From assembly GCF_009914755.1 (NCBI RefSeq), contig NC_060944.1: DNA of 64,000 nt, one strand, 5' to 3'. The notes beneath the pieces are model-generated. The model was not told the DNA's origin, did no database searches, and saw only the letters and a list, made by a program, of their open reading frames with translations. The DNA comes from the human T2T-CHM13v2.0 reference genome, Homo sapiens. Below are positions 14,185-27,752 of the stretch, one piece after another. Position 1 is the stretch's first letter. Every line of letters starts with the position of its first letter. A program made the translations under genes and the position numbers.

Positions 14185-14440
14185 CTAAGGTCCACTCACC
14201 TGTCTGCTTAAATGTCACCTCCTCATTAAAAGCAGAGTTCCTCACCCAGCCACATGGGTTCCTTCTATTGCCTTCCTTTGTTTTAGCACATCTATGTGTC
14301 TGAAATTATATTATTTGTCTATGTTTCTTTTCTAGGACATAGGCTCTGTAAGAGTAGAGACCTTTCCCATTTCATTTAATGTGGCCTCTCTAGTATCTAA
14401 AACTGAGCCTAGCAGAGTGGGCAATCCATAAAAGTGCCCA
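14185..14440 (+). mobile_element. L2 3' fragment
   Basis: gcttaaatgtcacctcctc...ggctctgtaagagtagagacc. Confidence 0.65.
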
Positions 14441-14657
14441 TTTCCAGGCAATATTTAAGCTTTCTGTAGAGTACCTCTTGGATAGTTTGGGGTTACCACC
14501 TTCTCTGGTTCTTCAGTCACCCCCTTGCCTCCCTCTGCTTCTTGCTGCCACATTCAGCCCATGCAGGTCAGTGGTATTGGGGGTTTGTCCCCTTCTCCTT
14601 GTACCTGGGATTCTAGGGGATATTTTTTCAACTAGTTTTGTTCTAAACACTTCCATG

Positions 14658-15325
14658 ATAACAACGACATGGAATCAACCTAGGTGCCCATCAATGGTGG
14701 ACTGGATAAAGAAAATGTGGTACATCTGCACCAGGGAATACTATGCAACCATAAAAAAAGAATGAAATCATGTCTTTGCAGCAGCATGAATGCAGCTGCA
14801 GGCCATTACCCTAAGTGACTTAATGTTTAAAAGATACAGTTAGGGAAGCATAGTCCTTGATCTTTTAAAATCCTCTTATAGAAACAGGGCAATTAGACAC
14901 CAAAACTGAAAACCTATGGACAACTTTTATTTTTTTAATTTTTGATTACTATGGGCACGTAATAGTAATATAATCTTTAATTCTTTTTTTCTTCCTGTTT
15001 AAGTTATACCAGGGTCTTCACTTTTTTTTAATCTAATTTCAACTTTTATTTTAGACACAGGGGTACACGTGCAGGGTTTAGAAAACCAAATCTCACACTT
15101 TCTCATAAGTGGGAGCTAAACATCGAGCACACATGGACATAAACATAGGAACGATAGACACTGTAGACTATAGATGGGGGAGGGAGGGAGGAGGCTGTGG
15201 GTTGAAAAACCACCTATTGGGTACTATGCCCATACCTGCTGCAATATACTCATGGAACAAACCTGTATATGTACCCCCTGTATCTATAATAAAAGTTGAA
15301 ATTAGAAAGAATAAATAAAAAGTAA
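14658..15325 (+). mobile_element. L1PA15/L1PREC2-like 3' end, interrupted at 14824-15079
   Basis: ggaatcaacctaggtgcccatcaatggtggactggataaag...gggttgaaaaaccacctattgggtactatg...aataaaagttgaaatt. Confidence 0.85.
14824..15079 (-). repeat. Inverted duplicate of 15259-15328 plus ~15660-15875
   Basis: tgtttaaaagatacagttagggaagcatagtccttgatcttttaaaatcc is the near-exact reverse complement of 15826-15875; the alignment continues into the L1 tail and skips the Alu. Confidence 0.92.
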
Positions 15326-15328
15326 AGG

Positions 15329-15685
<357 letters not shown>

Positions 15686-16739
15686 CTAACTTAAACAAGA
15701 AGGGAGGGAAAAAAAGAATGAAAGAATATATGACTATTATGTTCCCATAGTAATAAAAAATTAAAAAATAAAAGCCCATAAGTTTTCAGTTTTGCTATCT
15801 AATTGCCCCGTTCATTTCTTTAAAAGGATTTTAAAAGATCAAGGACTATGCCTCCCTAACTGTATCTTTTAAACAATTTCAAAACAATATAATGACAAGC
15901 ATCCCTTTAACACAGTGAGAACACAGAGTTCTAACTTACTAGGCCGAACTTCTGACTAATCAAAAGTACAGCACAGCAAATCTAGTGCAATTAATATCTG
16001 TTAGAGATGTGAAAATACAGACATATGGGGGCATGACTTGGCCCACAGCATAAACAAATTGACATTGAAGCAGGACATATTTCCAGCTGTGTGGAGATGA
16101 AGCTGTCTTCTCTCCTAATCAGTATAGCGAATATTATCTGCTAATTCTGCCCATGGATAAAATATGCCATTGATACACAAGGCAGGGGTTCTAATAGTTC
16201 CTCTACATCCCTGCCAGTCTGCATAACTACACAGGTGTCTCTGTGACATGCTCTACCCTTTAGCTATCCATGCTAAAAATACTTCTTTGCAAAAATTGCC
16301 ATAGGGCGATGACTTTGACTTTGATATAATTTATCATGTGGCTATCACTTTCCCCCATCTTTTTTACTTTCAATGATGCTCTGAACTCTTCCCCTCAAAA
16401 TTGAATCTGACAATTGCAAACTAAAGAGATTTAAAAGAACAAATGGTCTTCCAGCTTCCCTTCAAGCCCGGTTAGACAGACTTAATATACCTTTAGCTCA
16501 GCTATGGGCTAGAGAGCACATCTAAGGTAGAGAGCAAATTGAAATGCTCCAACAAAGGTGATGGGATGGAATGGCTTCACCTTTTCTCTAAATATTTGGC
16601 TGCTTTTCCTCTTCTTTTAATCAGTGTTAAACCACCAACCAGCCATTCTCCATCTGATATGACCTCTGGCATTGAAATGAAATATTTATAGAGAAAGGAG
16701 CTCTTTAAAAACTAAATATGGTACAAAGAAATTAGCTAG

Positions 16740-17650
16740 TAGAAGAATATAGAACTAGGAGAATGTGTGATGTTATCCTGCAGAAATGTGAGAATAATTC
16801 TTTTGAGGAGTTTTTTCTAAAGGGCAGTAGAAAAGTAGGGTGGTAGCTGGAGAGGCCTAGAGTCAAAAGAGTTTCTTTTTTAGATGGGGAAAAAATAGAG
16901 CTTATGTGTATGACACAGAAAGGCCAACAGATAATGCAGGAGAGGGGGAAGAGTTGCCAGAGTGATGTCCTTGGGCAGGCGAAAGAGGACGGTCGACTTC
17001 CTAAGAGGAGGGCTTGGACTCTGCAGGAAGCACAGGCAGTTCATTCTAAGAAAAAGAAATGTAGGCAGAGAACATGAGCGCAGATGAGTGCAGATGTGCG
17101 GTTGACAGTGCGATGATGGGGACATGGGGATGTCTCATTCTGATGGCTTCTATTTTCTTAAAGAAACAAGAAACAAGAAAATCAGCTGAAGGTGAAAATG
17201 AGGGAGAAGATAAGGTATAAAATGGTTACCTAAAAGAACAGGAGAGTAAAGGGGCTCCAGAAACATAATCTGACTACTCGGCAGCTCTAAGGACCCATGC
17301 GTGGTTTGTAGTCATGGCTGTAAAGTGAAACGAGCCAGCACAATGGTGTGTTTCACTCCATCTGTGTTTAGCTGGGTGAGTGTAGGCAAGATGGGCATGA
17401 AGAGTTGAATGTAATCTGGGTTAGACTTTTGCCAAGTGATTACAAAGGAAGGGGAAAGGAGCAATGTGTGCCTAGAAAATGCAAGACAGTAATTAGAGTA
17501 ATGCAGAGTAAAATGTGAGCTGAAACAGTAGAAAATTGGGACATGAAGAGAGTGAGAGACAACAGAAAGGGGGTAGGATGCATGGACTTCAGGTCACAGT
17601 GGGGTTGAAGAATTGTTGGAGTTGAGGCCCTAAAGGAAATATGAGCCCTC
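16740..17650 (-). mobile_element. L2 internal fragment
   Basis: Purine-rich antisense L2 pattern, e.g. tctgatggcttctattttctt...aatcagctga. Confidence 0.65.
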
Positions 17651-17949
17651 AAGAAGTTATCCTCAGTGCCAAGTTGGACATCAAGTTGTCAAGGATAGAT
17701 AAACAGCAAAGATAGTTACTCTATTGCTCATGGCTGCCATAGGGACAAACAACTCAGATAGAGCTGTCTTAAGGAAAAAACTGTCCAGCAAGAAAGATTA
17801 GAAAAGGACAGAGGAGACTCCTGGGTATAAACGTAAGAGAACATGAATATAAGAAAGCAAGATGTCACAACAAGAAAAAACATCCTTGAAACAAGACTTC
17901 TTATAGCAGCCATAGCAATGACCAATCTTCATAAAACTTGAGGGAAAAC

Positions 17950-18065
17950 TCCTATAATTTATCTAGTCAAACCCATTTTACAGACGAGTAACTAAGACCC
18001 AAAGAGGTGGGAGGATCTGCTTAAAAGCCACATAGCCCTAACAGAGATAAGATATTTTGACTCAC
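17950..18065 (-). mobile_element. MIR
   Basis: cccattttacagacgagtaactaagacccaaagagg core. Confidence 0.65.
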
Positions 18066-18094
18066 TTTTTGATAGAGAACATTATTGTCTTTAT

Positions 18095-18173
18095 GTAGGC
18101 TGAACTATATGAAATTGACCTATTATATGTCAAAAATGGTTGAATCTCGCCAACTTCATGTCATTCAACCTAA
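18095..18173. mobile_element. MADE2 mariner MITE
   Basis: About 80 bp with terminal inverted repeats taggctgaactatatgaaattg / caacttcatgtcattcaaccta. Confidence 0.8.
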
Positions 18174-18228
18174 CATACTCCAGTTTTCTTTCTACTATAG
18201 CGGAGTGTCAAGAAAGAGCAGATCTATA

Positions 18229-18577
<349 letters not shown>

Positions 18578-18594
18578 TAAAATAAACTATTGCC

Positions 18595-18891
18595 ATCCAG
18601 GAACAGTGGCTCATGCCTGTAATATCGACACTTTGGGAGTCCGGGGGAGGGCGGATCACTTGAGCAGGAGTTTGAGACCAGCCTACCCAACATGGCAAAA
18701 CTCTATCTCCACAAAAAATACAAAAATTAGCCAGGTGTGCTGGTACATGCCCATGGTCCCAGCTACTCAGGAGGCTGAGGTGGGAGGATTACTTGAACCC
18801 GAGAGGCCGAAGTTACAGTGAACAGAGATCGCACCACTGCATTCCAGCCTGGGTGACATAGTGAGACCCTATCTCAAAACAATAAAAAACA
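18595..18891 (+). mobile_element. AluJ
   Basis: Dimer ending gtgagaccctatctc; TSD aaaataaactattgcc (18579-18594) / aaaataaattattacc (18892-18907). Confidence 0.92.
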
Positions 18892-19569
18892 AAAATAAAT
18901 TATTACCCACTTCTTGTACTCACTTTCTTATTTTATCAAGAAAATGTCTGCAGGCAGCTATGGGAGTTAACAGCAACAAATTTCCGAAAACTAAGGTTAA
19001 ATTTAACCTCTAGTGAAGAAATGATAAAGAATCCAAAGGTAATGGATGAGAGCAGCCACCTGGAGCTATGACCAAGAGATTACTGGTGACCCTCAGAACT
19101 AAAATAAGATGAGCTGGGGGAGGTATAATTGGATGATTATAAATATAATTCTTACAGATAAGAAAGTGCACTATTAGGAGAAGGATGATCAGCAAGGTGT
19201 CTATAAAAGGAAAAAACAGAGTCAAATCCAAGAAAGAGGGTTTTGCAGGAGTCTCTAGCCCATCCCTGTGAAGGAATATCCCCGCTAGGGGATGTATGCC
19301 GTTGGTCTACAGAGGTCAATGACACCAGCCAGGAAGCTCATGTCACCGGCTCTAAACGCCCCAGTCTCCTTGTGAAGATAATCTGGCTTCCCATTTGGTT
19401 ATGACCATAAAGAAGCTGCCACTGTCAAAGCACACATAGTTGGAATTTCTGGTGGTTGTATTTCTCATAGAATATTAATAGATCAGCATGATTGCTTTTC
19501 ATGCATTACTCCCTGTGTTTGGTGGATGTGGTTAATGTGAATTTACATTTGCGAAATAATGAAGTAGAT

Positions 19570-19848
19570 GTTGTCAGTGCCATGCATATCCCCTGGGTCC
19601 TCCAGCAGAGACTTTCCTCCTATTTCAAGGCATCCCTATTCTTCTTGGCCCAATAGTCAGGCGGAATGTTCAGGGAAGGCTGGATGTGTCAGGGAGTTAA
19701 CACTCCAGGAGTGACCCTCAACCAATGAAGGGCACATGTTGGTTGAAAAATATTCCAACTTCCTCACCCCTCCATGGGAAACTGAGGCATTGTCTCTCCT
19801 TGAAGGTTTTCAGGAGATCTGCTTTTGAGGAAACTCAAACTAAGAGAG
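19570..19848 (+). mobile_element. LTR16-like LTR, internally deleted
   Basis: gggagttaacactccaggagtgaccctcaaccaatga...ctgcttttgaggaaactcaaactaaga. Confidence 0.65.
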
Positions 19849-20075
19849 ATAAATCCTCATGATGAGAAGTCAAACTTCTCACTCTTCAAAATCAAACCAG
19901 GGCTATGATGAATTCAACAGGGTGTAGAAGGCCATCCAAGAGGATCTCTCTGGAAGACAAGCTGGCTTTGCCTAAAGAAGTACAACATGTCCCAAAGCTC
20001 ATGCAAGTGTACCATCTCCACTTGAATAATCACAGAAAGAGAAGTGGCTTTTGCTTGCATTGGTTCTCTTTAAGT

Positions 20076-20303
20076 TCTTTTTTTTAATTATCATTATACT
20101 TTAAGTTCTAGGGTACATGTGCACAATGTGCAGGTTTGTTACATATGTATACATGTGCCATGTTGATGTGCTGCACCCATTAACTCATCATTTATATTAG
20201 GTATATCTCCTAATGCTATCCCTCCCCCTTCCCCCGACCCCACGACAGGCCCTGGTGTGTGATGTTCCCCTTCCTGTGTCCAAGTGTTCTCATTGTTCAA
20301 TTC
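20076..20303 (-). mobile_element. Young L1PA (PA3-5-like) 3' UTR fragment
   Basis: attatactttaagttctagggtacatgtgcacaatgtgcagg...ttctcattgttcaattc. Confidence 0.92.
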
Positions 20304-20574
20304 TTAGACAGTGCATGAGTTTGGTAAATTTCACTTCTATTTTTCTGGAAGTCACCCTTCTTATAACTAGTTCATAAGTGAAAAAGGAAAGCCCAAAGCC
20401 AAGTTACACATTGACTTGATGTGGCTAGGAAGTATATGAGAAAGAGAAGAGAAAGAAAAGAAGATAAAAGCACAGGACAAGTGGGGGCAGAGAGTGGTAA
20501 AAAGTCAAGTCCGTAGGCATCAGAGTAGATGTTCGCATAATAGACGGCAGAGCTGGAGCCTTGGCATAACTATG

Positions 20575-20765
20575 GCTAAGTGCCTTGTATATTTTATTAT
20601 TTAATTCTCACAACAACACTACAAGGTTGTTACTGTAGTTGTCCCATTTTGCAGGTGAAGAAAACAAGGCTTGAGGTGAGTCTAAGGTAAAGTACTGGTC
20701 AGCAGCAGAGTTACGATGTGTGCTCAGGCAGTCTGAGTCCTGAGTTCATGCTTTGCAGTAACTGT
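20575..20765 (-). mobile_element. MIR
   Basis: atttaattctcacaacaac...cccattttgcaggtgaagaaaacaaggc. Confidence 0.75.
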
Positions 20766-21164
20766 TCCCTATTGCTGTTTTCTCATACTGGACAGAGCAC
20801 TGGACAGTGAGGGAAACTTATGTTTCAAAAGGTTATATTTCAGAACAAGGGCCAGAATGAGGAGGAGATGGGAGATCCACAAAGCAAAGCAGGATATGGG
20901 GTCAGACCCGCTTACTATGGTAAATGCTTTCTTACATCGCCATGGTAAGAAAGTGTCAATCTGGGACTACCCAGGGTGCTGAAGACCTGATGCAGTTGAA
21001 CACTTCATTCAGTGTGACACCTCACTCCATGGGAACACTCCCTACTGAAAGAGCTTGGGGGAAAGGAGGAACAGATACAGTCCCAACACTTCTCTTCTGA
21101 AAGTAAAGAATGAAAGCTATGATTGGAGAAAACACGAACATGCACAAAACTGTGATAGAGCAAA

Positions 21165-22110
<946 letters not shown>

Positions 22111-22371
22111 GAAAAAAAAGAGCTGCGTCGGTAGACTCACTCATAATGATACCAAGTTTCAGGGCAGCTTGGTAAATTCTTCGCTCAGTTTCTGATTCAA
22201 CAAAAGCTGTTTAGCAGTACTGTTCATTCCACCCACAGGGTCCCATGGCCTCATTTCCCTCCACAAAATAATTTCCCAAATTCATTCTGTCTGCTGTCAT
22301 TTTCCACAAGAAAAAATGGTGCAACTACAGATGAGCCTTGTGACTTTCCTTCAAGTACTAAATATTATCAC

Positions 22372-22580
22372 AGTTTTATTTTTTATTTTATTTTTATTTT
22401 TGTGGGTACACAGTAGGTATGTTCTACAAAAGACCCTCATTTTCAATTAGCAGCAAAGGGCAAATGTATTAATGCACCTTAACCAAGGTAATTATTACAA
22501 TCATATGCTTTTTACTAGTAGATCAAAGCACAAAAAGCATAAATCTTGAACAAGTATGTATCTATTTATGGGGTAACATA
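22372..22580 (-). mobile_element. Very short L1MA 3' terminus split by a 132-bp insertion
   Basis: ttttgtgggtacacagtaggtatg[insert]tatctatttatggggta follows the recalled antisense L1MA end. Confidence 0.7.
22422..22553 (+). repeat. Direct duplicate of 26619-26750
   Basis: 132 bp with 10 mismatches by hand count (about 92% identity). Confidence 0.95.
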
Positions 22581-22914
22581 CTTTTCTTTTAGACAGAATA
22601 GTGAATCTAAATTGCAGTTGTACCTCTTATGCTAAGGAATCTTCCTTCCAATTGGCCCATTTGTTAATTTCCCCTCCATAGGGACATATTAGAATTCTCT
22701 TGGGAAGATCTAATAGAAATTATGCACTAATGAAAAAATTCTTTAAATCTAAGATAAATTGATTTTTCTTCGACATGTAAATAATTGAACATATGATTAA
22801 TTCATTATGAGAAAGTTAAATAGAAAATTTTGGTATCATGTAGTAAAAAAATAGTGATTCTTGAAAGTTTTGGGGAAAGTGAAAAGATGGAAAAAATCAG
22901 AGAAACTAGAATTT

Positions 22915-23130
22915 GAATGCTTATCTTGTGCTGAATGCTTGAAGAAGTGCTTTATATATGCAATTTCATTAATCCTCATAGCATTCTTGTGAAGCAGGAA
23001 TATAGCACAGGTGACAGATGAGGAAACTGAGGCTCATAGAAACTAATATGTCCAAAGTTCAGAACTAGTAAAAGATAGAGTCAGAATTTCATACCAGGTC
23101 TAGATAACTCCATAGTCTATATCTTTGCTG
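22915..23130 (-). mobile_element. MIR
   Basis: acagatgaggaaactgaggctcatagaa core. Confidence 0.8.
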
Positions 23131-23268
23131 CCCAAGAGTAAGAGACATTCATCTATTGACTCATTAAACAGATGTTTATCAAAGTGCCTGCTGTTCTAAG
23201 CACTAATGATGTAAGTGTAAGCAGTAACCCATTCCTTGCACTGTGGGAGCTTATATTCTAATGGGGAG

Positions 23269-23790
23269 TATGGTGGCTTTAAGTTATATCCACAAATTAT
23301 ATGATGCTCCTGTTTTCACTAAGTAGAACTTAATTTCCCTCCTCCTAGGTGTGAACTGGACTTAGTGACTTGTTGGTTACAAACAGAATAAGTCAGAAGT
23401 GGTATATCATTTCTAGGAATGGTCTAACACATGTGACTTTCTCTTGGATCACTTGTGATGGGGAAATCAGCAGCCATGTTGTAAGTACACTCAAGCAGCC
23501 CTATGGAGAGGCCCATGAAGTGAGGCACTGAGACCTCCTGTCAAGACCCATGTGAATGAGCCTAAAAGCAGACCTCCCACCAACCCCCAAGCCCCAGTTA
23601 AATCTTCAGATGAGACCGTAGCCATGATCAATCCTTGACTACAACCTCATAAGAGAACTTGAGCCAGAGACACCCAGCTAAGTTGCTCTTGAATTTCTGA
23701 TCCATAGAAACTATGGGATAAGAAATGCTTTTGAGGCCAAGAAACATGGTGGTAATTTGCTACATAGCAATTAAATAGATAAATAAAGAT
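23269..23790 (+). mobile_element. MLT1F/G-like MaLR solo LTR
   Basis: tatggtggctttaagttatatccacaaatt...cagccctatggagaggcccatg...gtaatttgctacatagcaat. Confidence 0.8.
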
Positions 23791-23916
23791 ATATTCACTA
23801 TGAGCTAATTATATGAGATGTGCCAGGAAGAAAACAAAGGATTGAAAGAAATGGAAAGGTATTAGTGCAATTTTAGGTATGAGAAGGCATCTCTGAGAAT
23901 TTAACATTTCACTTGA

Positions 23917-24004
23917 AGCCAGCTACCGTGTCTCATCCCTGTAGTTCCAGCCACTCAGGAGGCTAGGCTGAGATGGGAGGATTGCTTGAGCTCAGGAGTT
24001 CAAG
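23917..24004 (+). mobile_element. Tailless FLAM_A/7SL-derived monomer
   Basis: cctgtagttccagccactcaggaggct...ggaggattgcttgagctcaggagttcaag, no A tail; TSD aacatttcacttga / aacatttcactcga. Confidence 0.85.
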
Positions 24005-24097
24005 AACATTTCACTCGAGATATAAAGGATGAGAAAAGAGAACTGTGCATTGGATGGCAGCATGGAGGTAGATAGCTGGTTCCTTTGGTAAGACTGG

Positions 24098-24451
24098 TGA
24101 TAAGGTTTGGCTGTGTCCCCACCCAAATCTCCTCTTGAATTGTACTCCCACAATCCCCACATGTTGTGGGAAGAACCCGGTGGGAGGTAATTGAATCAAG
24201 GGGGCAGGTTTTTCCAGTGCTGCTCTATGATAGTGAATAAGTCTCACAAGATCTGATGGTTTAATACAGGGCAGTTCCCCTGGCAGGCAATGCCAGCATG
24301 TAAGATGTGACTTTGCTCCTCATTCACTTTCCACCATGATTATGAGGCCTCCCCAGCCATGTGGAACTGTGAGTCAATAAAATCTCTTTCCTTTATAAAT
24401 TACCCAGTCATGAGTATGTCTCTATTAGAAGCATAAGAAGAGACTTATACA
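24098..24451 (+). mobile_element. THE1B/C MaLR solo LTR
   Basis: tgataaggtttggctgtgtccccacccaaatctc...ataaattacccagtc...ttataca. Confidence 0.92.
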
Positions 24452-25074
24452 ACTACCTATAGCAGGGCGGTAGAAATCAAGGACCAATTAGAGTAAAAGA
24501 AAGAATAACTAAAGAGAAATAAGGAAGATCATTATATACATATATTTTTTTGAAATATTAGCTAGAAAGGAGAACAAAAGTAGTGGGGAATCTAGCATGG
24601 GCTATGCCAGGGTCATCGATGAGGACAGTGGTGCTGCTGCTCTTTTATGCATGTGTGAGGATGGGAAAAATCCCATTAAAAAGGGGAGAATGAACAAGGT
24701 GAGGATGTGCAAACAGAGGCACAAATTAGGGATTAGACAAGAATGATATTTCCTGCATCACAAGAAGGGATGGTATAGGCTAAGCACTTGGGTGGGTTTA
24801 CGTGAAGCTCTATGGGCATGAGAATGAGGAAATGCCTGGCTGGTACTCTTATAAGTAGAATACAGTTCCCTTCACAAATGTGTTCTAGTGTTTAATTATT
24901 TAACTATTAGTTAAAATATTAACCAAAAGAACACTACTTGTGTTTATTGTTATTTTTAATTCATTGATTTGGGTCTTGAGTCTTCACAATATCTCCCATG
25001 TTCGTGTGTATAACTTCTCCGTGATGAAGAGTAAGTTCTCCAATGCTATATTTTAATATTTTTACATTTAGAGG

Positions 25075-25379
25075 TTTTTATGTTGTTGTTGTTTTAAGGA
25101 TAGGATCTCACTCTGTTGCTCAGGCTGGAGTGTAATTGCATGATTACAACTCATTGTAGCCTCAAACCCCTGGGCTCAAGTGATTCTCTCACCTCGGCCT
25201 CCCATGTGGCTAGGACTACAGGTGCACATCACCATGCCTGGCTAATTTTTTAATTGTTTGTAGAGACTGGGTCTCATCGTATTACCCACACTGGTCTCAG
25301 ACTCCTGGCCATCAACCAATCCACCTACATTGGCCTCCCAAAGGACTGGGATTACAGGTGTGAGTCACCACGACAGGCC
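25075..25379 (-). mobile_element. AluJ
   Basis: ggataggatctcactctgttgc...ctgggattacaggtgtgagtcacc. Confidence 0.9.
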
Positions 25380-25819
25380 AATACTTTGGGAGATTTTAGA
25401 TTACATTTAGCTCCTTAACCTAACTTTTATGGTGGTATATAGAATGAGGCAGTGAGTTGTCCCATTTGATAGTTCACCCTCTCCATAGTAATTGGAAATG
25501 CTACTGATCCTAAGTTTTCATATAAACATGAGTTGATTCCTGGACTACCAATTCTTTCCAGTGATATGTTGGTCTATTCCTGTGGCTAGACCATACTCTT
25601 TTTCTATGCCCTTTTCACCCACAGAAAAGGGTGCTCAGTATACATGCATAGTTTAATAAATAATTATAAAGTGAACTCTCAGGAAACCGCAACGTAAGTT
25701 GAGGTAGAGAACATTTTGAGCCCCTCTAAACCCTCAGAATATCCATTCCCATGTAAAACCTCTTGCCCTTCCCTACACGTAATCTTTCTTCTGGCCTTTG
25801 GGATAGTTATTTTCTTGTT

Positions 25820-26194
25820 CCTTTACTTTTCTAGGTATTATGATGATTATTTTTCCTTTACTGATGGAGCTCTCAGATTTAGCGTCTCTTTTTTTCATGA
25901 AATGAACAGTGCCTAATACAGCATCCTCAGGAATAGAGAAAAATATTCAAATGGACAAGATATGGCTTTCTTTTACATTGGCAGCTATCACTGATATTTA
26001 TCAATATAACTGTTTAGCATTTGACAAAGGAAACCTCTTCTTTTTAGAGTATTAAATATTTATTGACTATGTATCTAAGTGGGTTCCATTACTATCTAAA
26101 TTCTAAATTTTAGGAACAGAACTGGGTAGGCCTGGGAGAAAGCTGTGCATGGCTCTTCATGAATTTACTGCTGATATAATGGACATTTGTCTAA
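25820..26194 (+). repeat. Direct duplicate of 27753-28126
   Basis: About 375 bp co-linear; 9 mismatches in the first ~94 bp (about 90% identity). Confidence 0.95.
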
Positions 26195-27752
26195 TATATA
26201 TATATATCTAAAATATAATTAAATTTATAGTTCACTTTTAAAATTATGACAGTACATTCTGAAATCTGGGCTAGACTTTTTCAGTATCGTTCTTTTTTTC
26301 ACATTTTTCTTGGCTTTTTTTCTGAGGAGTTTTTTTTCAGATACATCCTAGCATCAGATTTGATGCTTCATAAAATTATATTAGCATTTTGGTTGATACT
26401 ACATTAAATTAACTGATTATAAATTTTCTGTCAGTTTCTAAGAACTTGGCACTAGTTGGGGAGGAAGGGAGATAGAGAGCTCAGTAGCCATCTTTACATA
26501 ATTCCTTCTAATTATGTTTATACTATATTTAATACTATAGGCAAAATTAATTATAGCCCCTTAGAACTATTATTACAACTCAACTTAAAACACTTAATAG
26601 CATTGTTAGTAGAAGATTTTCTACTAAAGGCCCTTGTTTCCAATTAGCAGCAAAGGGCAAATATATTAATGCAACTTAACCAAGATAATTGTTACAATCA
26701 TATGCTTTTTACTAATAGATCAAAGCACAAAAAGCATAAATCTTGAACAAATTATGTATAATAATGATTTGTACCCCATATCAATTCTAATACACGTATC
26801 CTATAGTAAAATGCATGCTTTACCATATTTAAGCTAGGCTCCCAACTCTCAATAACAACATTTCTTTAAAAAATCTCCCATGAAGCTATTGACATCACCA
26901 GACACATTTTCTGCATGCTTTGGAGACTAGGGGTCCAAGGACCAAAAATAACTTTTCTAGATTTGTGGTAAGAAGGTAGCTCTAAGTGAGCTTTTATTAG
27001 CATGGGGCAAAATTAGATAAAAAATACACAATAAATAACACTTCTAGAACCCTTTTCACCTCTGGTTTATTTCTGTGAAAGACTAAATCAGAGGAAGAAA
27101 ATGATAGCTAAAATCAGAAATAAATATGACATAATAGGGTGCAATTTGGAAAGTTAGGCCAAAATTTACCAAGGAAAAAATGTCTCATCTTTTGCTTCTT
27201 GAGCTTTGATTTTTCAAAGCAAAGTTTATTCATTCTTTTACTAACTCCATTTCTAGTTTGAATCTAAAATCATATTTTCTTAATCAAAAGCAAAATGTTA
27301 TCCATGTCTTGGAAGATGCTGAGATGTTTATACCATACACATCATCATCCCAATAAGACTAGGCATATACCATCAATATATCTATTTTTATTTAAAAATG
27401 TATACATGTATTATGACTAATCAAGATTTTAAATGTAAGATTTCTATACTCATAGAAATATATATATAAATACATAAAACAATACATCTTAGTTATTTTC
27501 CTCCCATACCCATTTTCTCATATAGTACACACCCCCCTTGGAAGCTGCTACTCTAAACCATTCAAACATTGAATAGTAGTTTGCTATGAGTAAATCTTTT
27601 CACATGGTATAACCATTTGAATGTTAAGTAGACAGAGATTTAACTTGCTTTGAGTGTGTTCTATATTCATGTCATAAACTTCAAAATTTATAATTATACA
27701 TAAGTTATTATTTTATCCTCTCATATATCATCAAAACTCTAATGTGCTAGTA

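Larger units (their letters stand above)
23150..24860 (-). mobile_element. L2, fragmented by MLT1, FLAM and THE1 insertions
   Basis: cattcatctattgactcattaaacagatgtttat L2 tail (antisense); continues between the nested elements. Confidence 0.6.
24900..26420 (-). mobile_element. Old L1M/L1ME fragments (interrupted)
   Basis: ttccagtgatatgttggtctattcctgtgg; tacatgcatagtttaataaataattataaagtgaac. Confidence 0.5.

Noticed and set aside
19240-19500. GC-balanced, exon-looking stretch
   Set aside because: No ORF of 60 aa or more, no recognisable product and weak splice signals
20925-20956. Short hairpin ctttcttac/gtaagaaag (similar ones near 19277, 30848 and 52769)
   Set aside because: Isolated 6-9-bp stems occur at chance frequency in a window this size
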